Notes under the pieces: generated by a model
Database searches by the model: none
Told to the model about the DNA's origin: nothing
Seen by the model: the letters and a program-made list of their open reading frames with translations, nothing else
Position numbers and translations under genes: made by a program
Assembly: GCF_003704095.1 (NCBI RefSeq)
Contig: NW_020847747.1
Span: forward strand, 186,001-250,000
DNA from: Pocillopora damicornis
Taxonomy: Eukaryota
Direction: 5' to 3'
DNA length: 64,000 bases
Shown here: positions 25,061-37,930 of the stretch, in pieces
How positions within the stretch are numbered: position 1 is the stretch's first letter
Layout: the number at the start of each line of letters is the position of its first letter

Positions 25061-26103
25061 CCAGCCATGTTTGATGTAGAGTTATACTGGACGATGGTGG
25101 AAGGCAGGTGGATGGCGATAAGAAGAATATGAATTTTTTTTTAACAGTCGAGCGCAAAGCTCTCCAAGCTGCTGAGGCCGTGACCGTTGTCGATAAAATC
25201 GTTTTTCGCACGTGTAGGGAGGCGTGACACCTTTGTAACAATAAAAACAGCACGGGAGGTGATATAAATACATGTAAACTTTTACGCGNNNNNNNNNNNN
25301 NNNNNNNNNNNNNNNNNNNNNNNNNNNNNNNNNNNNNNNNNNNNNNNNNNNNNNNNNNNNNNNNNNNNNNNNNNNNNNNNNNNNNNNNNNNNNNNNNNNN
25401 NNNNNNNNNNNNNNNNNNNNNNNNNNNNNNNNNNNNNNNNNNNNNNNNNNNNNNNNNNNNNNNNNNNNNNNNNNNNNNNNNNNNNNNNNNNNNNNNNNNN
25501 NNNNNNNNNNNNNNNNNNNNNNNNNNNNNNNNNNNNNNNNNNNNNNNNNNNNNNNNNNNNNNNNNNNNNNNNNNNNNNNNNNNNNNNNNNNNNNNNNNNN
25601 NNNNNNNNNNNNNNNNNNNNNNNNNNNNNNNNNNNNNNNNNNNNNNNNNNNNNNNNNNNNNNNNNNNNNNNNNNNNNNNNNNNNNNNNNNNNNNNNNNNN
25701 NNNNNNNNNNNNNNNNNNNNNNNNNNNNNNNNNNNNNNNNNNNNNNNNNNNNNNNNNNNNNNNNNNNNNNNNNNNNNNNNNGGAGGGATTATTCGCCAAA
25801 ATAGTATTGGCATGTGTTGCCGGTGTCCTAAGAGGGCAAGTTGTTCAACGTTACAAGCTCGTGCTAGTTTATCCGACCAGCCATGTTTGATGTAGAGTTA
25901 TACTGGACGATGGTGGAAGGCAGGGGGATAGCGATAAGAAGAATATGAATTTTTTTTTTACAGTCGAGCGTAAAGCTCTCCAAGCTGCTGAGGCCGTGAC
26001 CGTTGTCGATAAAATCGTTTTTCGCACGTGTAAGGAGGCGTGACACCTTTGTAACAATGAAAACAACATGGGAGGTGATATAAATACATGTCACTTTTAA
26101 GCG
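25061..26103. repeat. ~225 bp near-identical direct duplication (25061-25288 vs 25877-26103) next to N gaps
   Basis: ccagccatgtttgatgtagagttatactggacg... repeated with scattered substitutions. Confidence 0.85.
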
Positions 26104-27314
26104 CCAAACACATGAGGGACACGTTTGGGACCGTAAGCTGTCAGGACACGCCGGGGAAGACTTCAGTTAACAATTTAAATTTTTAGCTAAAATTCCGTGA
26201 ATGGTTCGATTTGTTTACGTCTCTAACGGCACCGCACCCCAAATTCAGCATAATGTATGTAAACAGTTTTAAGCTTCGAATGGAAAATAAATAATTTACT
26301 GTCAGGTTTCGGTTCTCGAAACACGCAAATTTTGGTGGCTTCACGTGGTTGTTTGTACAGAACGGCCAAAGTCATAAAACGCACGAGCCGAACGTTCTTC
26401 TCACGGAAACTTTTGATTCGCCGCGTCCTCGTTACTCTCGCCGTCGTGGTCTGCTCCACGTCTTTAGAAACACTATTACAATCGCAAAACTTAACACACG
26501 GAAATTATAGAATACAGCTGAAAGTCTTGTCGCAATTGTTCGTTCTCTATGAATCTACAGATTGCTTTCGCACACAATACTCGTGCGGTAACCATAGCTG
26601 TCGCGCACTTATTCAAAAGGCCCTCGCGTGTGCTCTGAGGCCATCCTTGCACGCTACTCAAGTTTATCGTAAAAAGAATGAAAAAGGAGAACAGTTTAGA
26701 ATCTCCACCAGGATTTTTAGAGACCGGAATTGGTCAAGACAAACAACTTTTCAAACTGAACACGGCGGCCTTACATTTGTCCTTTAATCTCTCTGATTTT
26801 TGAACATGCAGGAAAAAATTTCCTCTTTCAGACTGAGTCAAATTGAACACACATCTGTATACCTCTTTATGATTTATTAATCAATGGCTAAGTTTATAAA
26901 TAGTGANNNNNNNNNNNNNNNNNNNNNNNNNNNNNNNNNNNNNNNNNNNNNNNNNNNNNNNNNNNNNNNNNNNNNNNNNNNNNNNNNNNNNNNNNNNNNN
27001 NNNNNNNNNNNNNNNNNNNNNNNNNNNNNNNNNNNNNNNNNNNNNNNNNNNNNNNNNNNNNNNNNNNNNNNNNNNNNNNNNNNNNNNNNNNNNNTTATTT
27101 TGCAATTCTAGGCGGTGTACCTGACTACTCTTCTGTTCAGACTTAAAATCATAAATTTTTCATAGAACCAAGTTAATTTTCACTCCTATGAAAATCGACA
27201 AAAATTTCATTGGGCCCATCTCCCAATGGAAATCTTTATCATATTAGTATCCAAAATAACATTAATGTCATAATTTAAAAACTTCCTGTATCAGTCAAAC
27301 CTAAAAATTCTCCT

Positions 27315-29153
27315 TCACTGACTCGATAATCCAGTTTCTTTATTTATGACAACAAATCTCTTGCGAGTCTTTGAATACAACAGCATTTCACCTTCGCCAA
27401 TGTTGAACCAAAGACCATAAAGCTGAACTGAACCTTCATCAAGTTTATTGCGTACAAATCCGTATGATCTAATATTCTGCATTTGTTGAAGAACGTTTAC
27501 CTATTATACAAAGAAAAGGAATTAATAGAAATAAATGGTTGACTGATCAACTGATTTACTGAAATGACTGATTGACTGACTTACTCATACACTGACTGAC
27601 TCACTGATTCACTACTCACTAACTCACTGCCAGCCAGACTGACTAACTGACCACCTGACTGACTAATTGTCTAACTCTGTTTGACTGACTGTCTGACTGA
27701 CTGACTGATTGTCTGACTGACTGACTGACTGACTGATTGTCTGACTAACTGACTGATTGTGTGACTGACTTGCAAACTGATGGACTGGCGGTCTTGTAGG
27801 CTGACAGCCAGAATTGGATTGACTGATGGAAAAAGGATGAACAGACACATTGCAGATTAACAAACTAGTAGTCTGGCTGACTGATTGAGAACAGATTCAC
27901 TGACTAGCTAACTGACTGACAGACTGACAGAGAGATTGACTGATAAGTAAATTGACTGAATGAATGTCACACCGACTGACCAATCAACTACCATCTGGCC
28001 AATTAACTGACCGACCAAACTAACCGACCCAATGACTATCTGACTGAGATCAACTGAATGACTGGTACACTTAGTGGTGACAAAAAAATAACATAGGTAC
28101 CTGTGAAAGCTTATCGACATCAGATAGATCTTTTTCTTTATCAAACATAATCTCTAAGTTATCTTTCTCCTTAGAACTGCCATCTATAGGAAACCCAAGC
28201 TTCTCAAACTTTGTTAGTGATGACTGTGCATACCGTCTGAGCCAACCTGATACCCAAGAAGTTTCAGAATCTTGCTTCTTTTTGTCTGTGGTGTTATGCA
28301 TGTGATAAAGGCAGTCCATTGCCTACAATATAGAGAATGTAAAATACTTTTCAATGGTGCTGAACAGACAGTTGAGGATTCAAATATATTTCCAACTTTT
28401 TTGTCCCAAAAATTTTCTTCATCCCTCCCACAGGGGGTATATTGGCACTTAAACTGTCCCTGCCCTTGACAAATCCAGTTTTGACCAACACCGGGTTCAG
28501 TCTCTAACTGTTGGTGTTTTGAAGCATCCTCAAAAAGGAGAATCTAGAGGATCATGGGTACACCAATACACCCATGGCTAGAGACTGGGCATGAGCTCAT
28601 ACTGGCCTTTCTAGATTTTTCTTTAAAATTGATACCCACACCTTCCCGATGGAATTTCCCAAAACACTCCTAAGGTGGGTGCAGGTCATAAATTGTTTTG
28701 TGTAGCTACCTTACAGTCTGAATGTCCACAAACTGTTATGTCTTTGACTCCTGTGGAAATTGCTAACTCCAAAGCTGCTCTTTCTGAAAGTGGACTTTGT
28801 TGGTTTTCTCCAAACAGCTGATTGTGTGGCACAACATTTCCTGCATTTCTCATAATAAACATATCACCAGGATCTGCTTGAGTAAAACTGGTAGGACACA
28901 AACGGCTGTCCATACAGGTTATTAGAAGCATGCGTGGCTAAAAGAGAGTGTAATAGGTAAAAAATGGAAATTAATCAAAATCTGTAATCGAACGTGTTAA
29001 CCGTCACGATCTTTCGTTAGACTGCATATATTACAGAAAAACCTGCTGAAGTAAACATACCTGGGCTTTATGAGCGAGTTTTTCTAGTTGTGGCAGCAGA
29101 GAAGGTCGCACAAGACTTTTGAATTTTAGAACACCCTGTAACAGTTTCTCCAT
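27315..29153 (-). CDS. Beta-class carbonic anhydrase (242 aa)
   Basis: Exons 29061-29153, 28710-28937, 28101-28322, 27315-27500, all phase 0. Zn-site motifs TCMDSR and CGHSDC, plus FIMRNAGN and QVNVLQQ...GLWFNI; N-terminus MEKLLQGVLKF resembles invertebrate beta-CAs. Confidence 0.95.
27536..28066. repeat. Degenerate (ACTG/GACT)n tetranucleotide microsatellite in beta-CA intron 3
   Basis: Long runs of ctgactgactga with variants. Confidence 0.9.
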
Positions 29154-29910
29154 CTTCGAAAATCAATGAGAACGTCATAATCAGATCAACCGGTCGTGGT
29201 TAAACATGTCGAAATAAGATAGAACAAAACACAAACAAAGCCTCGTATTAATTTCCTAAGGATCAAACACCACATACCTTAAATTTCTGTGAAGACACCT
29301 ATGAGGAAAAAACTATAAACAGTGAAGGTTTCAATTTTCTGTCGACCATAAACCTTGAAGATTCAGTCGCAGGTACCAGACAGTATAAAATGTGAAAGGC
29401 ATTCAATATGGACCAAAAACTATTTCCAGTAGGAGTAGGGTTAGGAAGAGTTGGACTTAATCAAACAGGCGGAAATTTCTTCTCCAAATGACAACCCAAA
29501 GCCGGCTTATTTACTTAGTTTGGATCTAGTAGGTTTTAATACGTGCAGAATTGTCAGTTTATCTCAATGAATTGAAGAGTTAGGCGTCTCTTGAGCGTGT
29601 ATTTTTATCAAAGTCACGCGGAGACAACCTCCGTGGGTGTGTGTTTGTACTCGTGTTTCACCCGTGGCTAGACGATCATACTTCGTGTTGTTCTGCCTGT
29701 CGAAATCAGCCGCCAAAACACTATTCGATATTCAGCATAGAATCATTTCTTTAAAATCCTGGGCTACTTGCTCGGCAAATATATTTCGAATATTGTCACG
29801 CACCCTTTTTAAGGGGACCTGTGCCGAATGTGCCTTTACTCACCGGCAGTGAGACCCACTCTCCCCACCTGTCTACTCTCCAGTTTATCACATGCTGCAA
29901 AAAGACGAAT

Positions 29911-30646
29911 ATGGCGGGCATTTCGAGTGGACAAATACTTCGCATTAAAGAGTTGATTCACCTGGGAGCAAGTTTGGATGGTAAATCTGTGAGGACATGG
30001 GGAAGGTAATTTTAGCAGAGTCTCTATTCTTGTTCCTTTGATTTCCGTTACTAAAAACAAGAAGGAGTTTGAAAATGCAAATCTGCCGTGTTTGCTTCAC
30101 GTTCGTTTCGACTGCTACCGTAAAGTTTTCGTACACAAATTATGGTCTTGTAAATTTCTATCGAAACTTTTTCGGCAAATAATTTTTGGAAATGCATTTG
30201 AATTTCCTCCTTAAGTTTCTGTTTGTAAACAGAGTTAGCAAATTACAAATAGCTGAAGTTTCCGTGAGGGAGACGAACGGCTGTAAGTGGGAGGGAGGGG
30301 TGGGTATTTAGAACTCTTCCTTATATATGGATCTCAATTATTTGGACTTTTTAAGTGACATATTTCTGTATTAACTTACAGGGCACTGACACATAACATC
30401 GCAAGAAGTCAACTAAAAGTGTGCGATGAAGGCATTGAACTGAACATCGATACTTCATTTGTGGAACCAACGGCTTTTAACAGAGGATCTTTGTATCAAT
30501 TTATAGGAGAAGTTTATGTCAGCGAAAACATTATTTTACGAGCAAGAATTGCTACTTGTATAGATGGAATGGACATGACTCTCTTTAATCAAGCTTTAGA
30601 TATCAGGAGGAAATATTTGCAGGAAGATATAGCAACTGTCTCTTGA
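29911..30646 (+). CDS. TEN1: CST complex subunit TEN1 (OB fold)
   Basis: Exons 29911-30005 and 30382-30646. DGKSVRTWGR...IDTSFVEP...GSLYQFIGEV...ILRARIATCIDGMDMTLFNQALDIRRKY matches the TEN1 pattern (DGSTLRTFGR / KLVEPF / GSLY..LGEL / ARVLTCVEGMN). Confidence 0.88.
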
Positions 30647-30944
30647 GAATATTACAAGCTTTTATAATCAATTTTCAGCCAGCCGCCAATTACAAATACC
30701 TATTGTTTCTTTGGCTTGGAAATCTTGGTTGATTAAAGAAGCGTTACTCCCAAATATTGTACTTAATAATACATTTGGCAAATCAGGGTTTAATGTTTTT
30801 AAGCTTTTTCTAGTATATAAGCTTACAAAAAATGTATTGGACAAAAAAAAGATTGAATTGTCCATCTTCTGTCCACTTTAGAACATTGCAAAACAGGGAA
30901 CAGTGTGGCATGAAAATAAAATTGAGAGGTAAGAGGTCTCTCCA

Positions 30945-31518
30945 CATAAGCCTAACTCTAACTCTCAGAAGTGATCAACATATAAGTTCTCTCTATATTA
31001 TCCATACATTATCCAACATAGAGGTATTGAGAATACTCAAACTTATCAGGTAGAAGTAGTTGTCTTGATCTAAGACCAAATTCTTGTAACTAAGTTGAAA
31101 GGAAATGTAAGGCAGATAAAGGGGATAATTAGCAAACAGATCTTGGGAGTTAAAGGGTTAAAGAAGACTACGACACTGAAATGAAATATGAAATAAAGGA
31201 AGGGTCTTTTCAGAAAGTTTTCAAGAATTCCTGCTAAAAACCCTTTGATAAAGTTGCCTGAAAAAATCTGAGAAGTGACTTAACATAAAATATGACAATT
31301 ATGGAGCTTAACCCTTGAATTTGCAGGAGTGACCGAGACAGAATTTCTCCTTACGATATCAGAACAACTTAAAGTGGGCAAGTGATGAGAATAAAGAAAA
31401 ATATCAATTGTTGGATCATTTGTCATCCAATTCTAAATTCTCCAAACCAACATCATAATAATTGTATGGCAGACAGTAACAAGAATTACTAATGAGATAT
31501 AGGGACCGAAAGGATTAA
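30945..31518. mobile_element. Two adjacent TTAA/piggyBac-type MITEs (30945-31161, 31308-31518)
   Basis: Ends ttaaagggttaa; and ttaacccttg...aaaggattaa. Confidence 0.7.
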
Positions 31519-31930
31519 GTTGGTTTTAGGAAACAGTTTGTGGTGAATACATTTATATTTTCTAGTTTAGTTATCTAATAATGTAGTGTGATTTGTAAAC
31601 CTTCTCAGTCTTTGTATTTTGCTGGTTAATGATTTTCCAGAGCTCCATATAAAAGTTTTGTTCGACATATTTCGCATCTTCTATATCTTTTACATCCATA
31701 TAAATTATAATAATCATATTTTTAATTGTTCCACTTCTGTGAAATGCCGATAATTCAATTATCAACATCTTTATCGAACGCCAAATGCTGCACGTTCTAG
31801 TTTCGAAACCGATTTTTTGTTGTCACGTAATTTTCCTGCGTTGCGTGACGTATCAAAAATACATCTGCGAGCAGGACTGCTTCCTTCGGAATTGTTTTTG
31901 TGTAGCCAGGTGATAAATACAGACAAGAGG

Positions 31931-34900
31931 ATGGCGCGTGAACAGAATTTAAACAGGAGATACGGGAGAACAGCTACAGAGGATTCATCGAATGATACCA
32001 GTGCTTTAAAACCATACATTTTGGTAGCAATCGCGGCAATTGCGTGTTACTTGAACTCCTTATTCGGCGAGTTTGTTTATGATGACTTCGAAGTCATCGA
32101 GACGAACGCAGATGTTAGGTAAGAGTTTGCCTGCAATTTTAATCTCGTTGTTTACCAAAAGTGATAACTTTACCTTCCGAGATAAAGGCACATTTCTAAC
32201 TGGGTAAAAAGTGGTTAAAGAAAAACCTAGCTTCTCGTGCGGGGAAAACTTTTGATGGTGTTGAAAGCTGAACCGACAAAAAACATAGCTTTGTATCATA
32301 CGGCTTAAATTAATTTCGCCTCCAGGCGCACTTTCCCACCATCTTAACTGAGCCATTCTTTTCGATAATCCCACCGTGTTTATTAAACCAGATTCTGTTG
32401 TGATAAAGAGGATTCATTTAGTTGTAAATTTTTTATTATGGATTTAATACTGCGCAGTCGATTCAAGAAAACCAGGTTGATATCCTTCTGCCGGGTATGT
32501 AAAAAGGGTTTCCTAACAAACAACTTTTGACACCATTAATTTGCGGTCACTCAATAGTATAACATAATATCAGATTGAGAGCGGTATGACGAAATTAGAA
32601 CTATGTGAAATGCAAGGTTTCCACAAGTAACAGCAAGTCTACAAACTTGACGAGAAACGACTGCTTGCCCATGGCTTACGGAATAAAAATATGTCTATAT
32701 CTACTTAGCATAATTTAACTTTGAGTTAAAGACCGCATGCAAAATTAATAATAACAAAATGAAATGCAAATTTTTGTCATGTAAGAAAGGAAATTAATCA
32801 AAGTTCATTTTTAGAAGAGAGTTTAGCAAGAAGTTCTGTGGTCGAATTCAGCTTTTAGCTCACAGAATAGAGCTGTGAAGCACTAAGCTCAGATGAGCTG
32901 TTTCCGAGATCAAACGGATGGGAAAATTTTGCCTTAAATTGACTAATCTGACATTACAAAAATAGATTTCCGACACAGAGGTTTCTAAATGACCTGTTAG
33001 GTCGAATTTCTTGTTTATCTTTCGGTAAGAGGCTTTAGGGTTCACTGAGAGTCACGAAATTGCGTAAAAATGCGAAAAAAATAAAGCAAGTAATTTGGCA
33101 AAAAACAGAAATGACTTAAATTTCACTATAACTGACTTTCAGTCGTCCATCGTCTTTGTTGTTGAAAAGTGTCGTTTTTGGGGAGAAATTTGGAAGACAA
33201 ACACCTCGTAAACATTGTCATACTGACTTTCGAAAGCTGGTTCACAAATTCAGTCAACAGACTTCCTCTTCAAAACCATCTTTCAAGTGAAATTTCCTGC
33301 TCTCTGCAATTATGAAAAACAATACTGCCTTTCATGTCGTGTCAACGAGAAAAAAATACCAGTGAGATGTATTAATTTATCTGGAAGATGTCATTTTGAC
33401 ATACGCTTGAAAACGTATAGCCCCTCGCTTTCACCTTAATTCTGACTAGAGTAATTTTTTTCTTTGCAGGCCTTCAACGCCAATTTCTAACCTGTTTTCA
33501 AACGACTTTTGGGGCATTCCGTTAAAAAGAAACGATTCTCACAAATCTTATCGTCCCATAACTGTTTTGACATTCCGCTGGAATTTCCTCGCTGGAGGCC
33601 TCAATCCAATAGGATACCACTTCATCAATGTGGTTTTACATAGCATTGTGTCGGCGTTATTTTTTCATACATGCATTAGGATTTTAGATGGCAACGTTGA
33701 TTCTAAAACTAAATCACTTCCTCTTCTTTGTGGTATGCTCTTTGCTCTTCATCCGATACATACAGAGGCTGTAGCTAATGTCGTGGGTCGTGCAGAAATC
33801 CTCTGTGCCTTGTTCTACCTCTTAGCCCTGTTGTCGTACATAAATTGTTTTCCTGATGGGACCACAGAGGACAGCAGTAAAAGACCAGCTAAGTATTCAA
33901 GGGTTTGGCTTGCTTCGTGCATCATCTGGTGTGTGTTATCTCTCTTTAGCAAAGAACAAGGCATCACAGTTTTAGAAGTTTGTATTGCTTACGATTTGGT
34001 TTTTGTCTGCAAGTTTAAAGGGGAACATTTACTCAAAATATTTTCTTCGCCTACGGTTTTATTAAGGTAAGAATCGAATCACAGTTTTGTAGGTTTTTAA
34101 TACCAATGACTTCGTGTATCAATACGCATCCTTCAATCCAGTAAGATATAAAACGGATTTCATTTGTGACGTTTTTCCCGCACTTTGGCAATTTTCTTGT
34201 CTACTTTTGGTTATCTTTGTTACTTGGGATATTTACCTTTCCTCTGATTGTATGTTGGTTGTTACGGAAATGAAACGATATGCGCTCTAAAAGACTGTAC
34301 TTATCGGGGTTAATTTTCCTTTACTTTCAGACAATGGCCAAAGTGGGCCGTTCGATTGGTCGAAAGATTTTCCATCCTCGGCTTGGCGTCTGTAATTCTT
34401 CTGTACCTGAGAATTGTAATCATCTCTGGAGGTTTTGTCCTTTCTTTCACTGAGTCCGACAATCCCACATTGTTTCATCCTGACGTATGGACTCGATTTA
34501 GGACTTACTCTTATTTGTGCGCGCTAAATGCGCGACTTCTACTGTGTCCGAACAGCCTGTGTTATGATTGGTCCATGGACAGCATATCCCGGATTGAATC
34601 ATGGTGGGACATGCGCAATATGCAAACGCTCGTGTTCAGTGGTATACTTGTTTGTTTGTGCTGTTATGGTAAGAGAGATTCAACATGCGCTTCCTAGTGT
34701 TATTGAAACGTGCATTTCACTTTGTTTGAGCAGAGTATTTTTAGGAAAGTTAAATCTATTTCGCTTCATTTTGACGGTATTTTTTTCTTTTGCAAATTAA
34801 CACGGATGAAATGTCTTCAAATATAGTTTAAGAGCTCTAGATTGATTGAGTTACTGGCCAGTGTTGACTTATAATTAAGATACAAAGAGAGAAAGTTTTT

Positions 34901-37488
34901 CTTCGCTCTTAACACAATAAGTTTTATTTTCCGTGTTCTCTTGCAGGTCTTCAGTCTTCAACTATACCGTCTTCTATACCGTCTTCAACTATATCGTCTT
35001 CAACTATACCGTCAACTCTACCTAGAAAGTCTAAGAAAAGTTCTTCAAAGCCACTAGATTCTAATGAAAATGATATTCATTTAAGAGATGATTTTAGGAA
35101 TGCAGAGTCTCAGCATTGTGGACTGAAAATGGTGAGTAGAAACTGTCAGAAAGTATTGTCGGCTTTAAAAAAGTGCGGGAAAATTTAATCTCGAGGCCGC
35201 TTGCGCACGTGCGTGTCTCCTGATTGGTCAGTTTAATCAGAAGTCAACTGGATCCCTTTGCTTGTTTTGATTTTTTGCAGGATGAGTGCGAGTCTCCACA
35301 AAGAAGACGAGTTGTGATGTTTTCATTGGCTTTATTGATCATACCATTTCTACCAGCTTCTAATCTCTTCTTGCCCGTTGGGTTTGTTGTCGCCGAGAGA
35401 ATTCTTTACATTCCCAGTATGGGACTCTGCATTTTGGTTCCATTTGGAATCTCAATCTTGTTTGGAACCCAAACAAAGGTGGAAGAAGATTCCTCAACAC
35501 ATGAGGTGAGCCCTGATTTCTGTTCAGAACAAGTTCTTTTCCTAAGGAGGGCCTGGAAACGAGGTTGATTCCGTGTCTGCAATCAGTCCGCGCAGCAAAT
35601 CAGTTTGAAGGGGACAGCCACTAACTTAGTGCTCAAATCGCTTAAGATCTCTTAAGTACTTTTCTGCTAGAAACAAATGGAATCTCGATGTTTTCTTTTT
35701 CAACCCACGATTTTTGTTACAGTGTAGTAAAAATGCAGTTAATACCACAATATTCTTACCTTTCCGTTTTTAGAACTCTGATAAGATGTTAGTGCAAAAA
35801 ACTTCACGTACAAGTTGGAGTTTTGGTCTTTCTGCCACTGGTATGGTTTTAGTTCACAGCCTTCTGTTGTTGTTCGCTGCAAAGACAGTACGCCGCAATT
35901 CAGAATGGCTGAACAAGGAAGCGCTGGCCCGATCAGGACTGAAAGTGAACCCCACTAACGCTAAGATTCACGTTATGCTTGGAAATGTTCTTGCAAAGAA
36001 GGTTTGAATGGAGATTTAGTGTTTTGNNNNNNNNNNNNNNNNNNNNNNNNNNNNNNNNNNNNNNNNNNNNNNNNNNNNNNNNNNNNNNNNNNNNNNNNNN
36101 NNNNNNNNNNNNNNNNNNNNNNNNNNTCTTCTCGCTTGGGAAGATGCTCTTGTGGCCGCTTTTGAGGAAAAAGGGAAAAAATGGAACCGAAAAAGTAATC
36201 AAAAAGGTGAGGAAATCGTTTGTCAGTCGTTTGTATTTCAAGTAATGGTCTTTTAGCCGCGATGTGACAACCTACTGTAAATGTGAAGGAAATGAAAAAT
36301 GGTAGTTTTGCAATATAGAAAAGCAGGATCAATATCAGTACCTAGGCAACTGCCCACCTACCCCTCCCCTAACCCAACATTAACCCTAAGTTGTTATCAA
36401 TTGACTGTTGTTGAGTTAGGGGAGGGGTAGGTGGGCAGTTGCCCAGATACTGATATTGATCCGAAAAGCAACAAAATGGTAAGAATAAACCGATAAAAAA
36501 CAAGGATGTTTTAAGGAAGAGGAAGATTGACACGGATTGTAAATGACAAGTGAATAATTTGAGCAGTTTATTTGATGCGTGAAATTATGTGTTTTCTTTA
36601 GGGGGAAGAGTACCTGAGGAAAGGATTAGCATTGGATCCACTGGACATCAACAGCCGTCTTCTGCTCGTTCAAGTTCAGCTTATGAAGGTGAACCGAGGC
36701 ATGCTCTGTTGTTCTTCTCTTGCAACGTTATCACATTATGAAAATACCATTATCAAATTATTGTTTTGTTTTATAAACGAATCTTTTATTACTGGGAGAA
36801 GCGGCGACGGACTGGTAAGTTACCGCACACCTAATCGAGAGGTCTGGGTTCGAGCCATGGCTTGGTCTCTAATGACATTGTGATGTGTTCTTGGGCAAGA
36901 CATTTACTCTCTCACAGTACCTCTCTTCACCTAGTATCACCCAGGCCCAGGCTTAGAGCTGGTGTCCCATCCAGGAATAATTACATCACTTATAATTTTT
37001 CATGTTAAGGAAAAAGAAATTAACTCTAACATGCGGTCACAGAACAAGAGTTAACCTAATAGAACAACATGAGGCTAATGAAATTGTAGTCAGTTATCGA
37101 TGCATGCAAGGGAAACTAAGACTTGAAATACTCGAAACTGATATATTTTGTGATGCCATCTTATTCATCTCAGTGTTGTAGCTAAATCTTCATTACTGTT
37201 GTTGTAAAAATTGTTGTTGTTTTGTTGTGTAGAATGGAGTGTACTCTTTCTGACTTAACAATCTCTGTTACCTGACAGGGCGAACTCGATTCCGCTGAAA
37301 AAGAAGTCCGTTTTGTTCTCGCTCATGATGAGTACAACATCAACGCCGAGTACATTTTAGGAGGAATTCTAGAACTCAAAGGTTTACTCAAACAAGCCAG
37401 ACATTATTTTCTTGATGTTCTAAAAAAAGATCATTTACATAAAGGAGCAATCACAGCGCTACAACGTATAGCTAAAAAGGTTAAATAG
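31931..37488 (+). CDS. TMTC: TMTC-family protein O-mannosyltransferase (TM domain, DUF1736-type loop, TPRs); paralogue not assignable, TPR exons probably lost in gap
   Basis: Exons 31931-32118, 33470-34066, 34331-34668, 34947-35131, 35281-35505, 35774-36001, [gap 36027-36126], 36602-36688, 37279-37488. Motifs: EFVYDD, NDFWG...[62 protein letters not shown]. Confidence 0.93.
34952..35023 (+). repeat. Coding minisatellite (TCTTCAACTATACCG-like, about 5 units) encoding SSTIP repeats
   Basis: [23 protein letters not shown], in frame within TMTC exon 4. Confidence 0.85.
36326..36462. repeat. Near-perfect palindromic dispersed element (hairpin, CCCTAACCC arms)
   Basis: ggatcaatatcagta..ggcaactgcccacctacccctcccctaac ... 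gttaggggaggggtaggtgggcagttgcccagatactgatattgatcc. Confidence 0.85.
36795..36990 (+). mobile_element. tRNA-derived SINE with CORE-like domain
   Basis: ggtctgggttcgagcc (B box) followed by gtgttcttgggcaagacattt; an antisense head of this type lies at about 58505-58580. Confidence 0.55.
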
Positions 37489-37684
37489 ATTGTGCAGTTT
37501 ATTTTATAGTTATTAAAAATAGATAGTGCCCGTTGAGTTATTTAAAAAAAAAAACGTTTAGTCAGTATACGTGCAAATTACAATATCTTGTGTTCAACCT
37601 AATTGCGGAGATTGAGGGGCCGTTTCCTTTTTAAGGAGATGAGTAATCATGCGAAAACAAAAACAGGAATTTTATTGATTTGGA

Positions 37685-37930
37685 GAATTTTTAATTGATT
37701 GTCGTAAAACCAAAACTGAAGTAATCACAACAGCCTATTGAAGACTCAAGGTAAAAAGACAAACGACCAAAAGCGCGGGAAAACGCAGGCGACCAAGTCA
37801 CGGTTGGGTATCGGTTGGCGTCTGATTGGTTGGGAGCATGGTGGCGCGAGTTTTCTAGACCAATCAGAGACAGATTAAAGCAAAATCAAAGGAATCCCGG
37901 ATTACTTTCGAAACTCAATTGAAAAGTGCT
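37685..37930. repeat. Dispersed repeat family (gattgg...ttttct(a/g)gaccaa...tttcgaaactcaattgaaaa)
   Basis: Related copies at about 41195-41490, 14070-14170 and 60170-60410. Confidence 0.6.

Noticed and set aside
24490-27124. Long ORFs containing X runs
   Set aside because: Artefacts of N gaps, apart from the real MCT exon-1 portion.
27663-28144. S/Q/V-rich ORFs
   Set aside because: By-products of the (ACTG)n repeat in a beta-CA intron.
34952-35023. CRISPR-like or other spacer array
   Set aside because: Contiguous in-frame minisatellite with no spacers, in a eukaryotic exon; no cas genes in the window.
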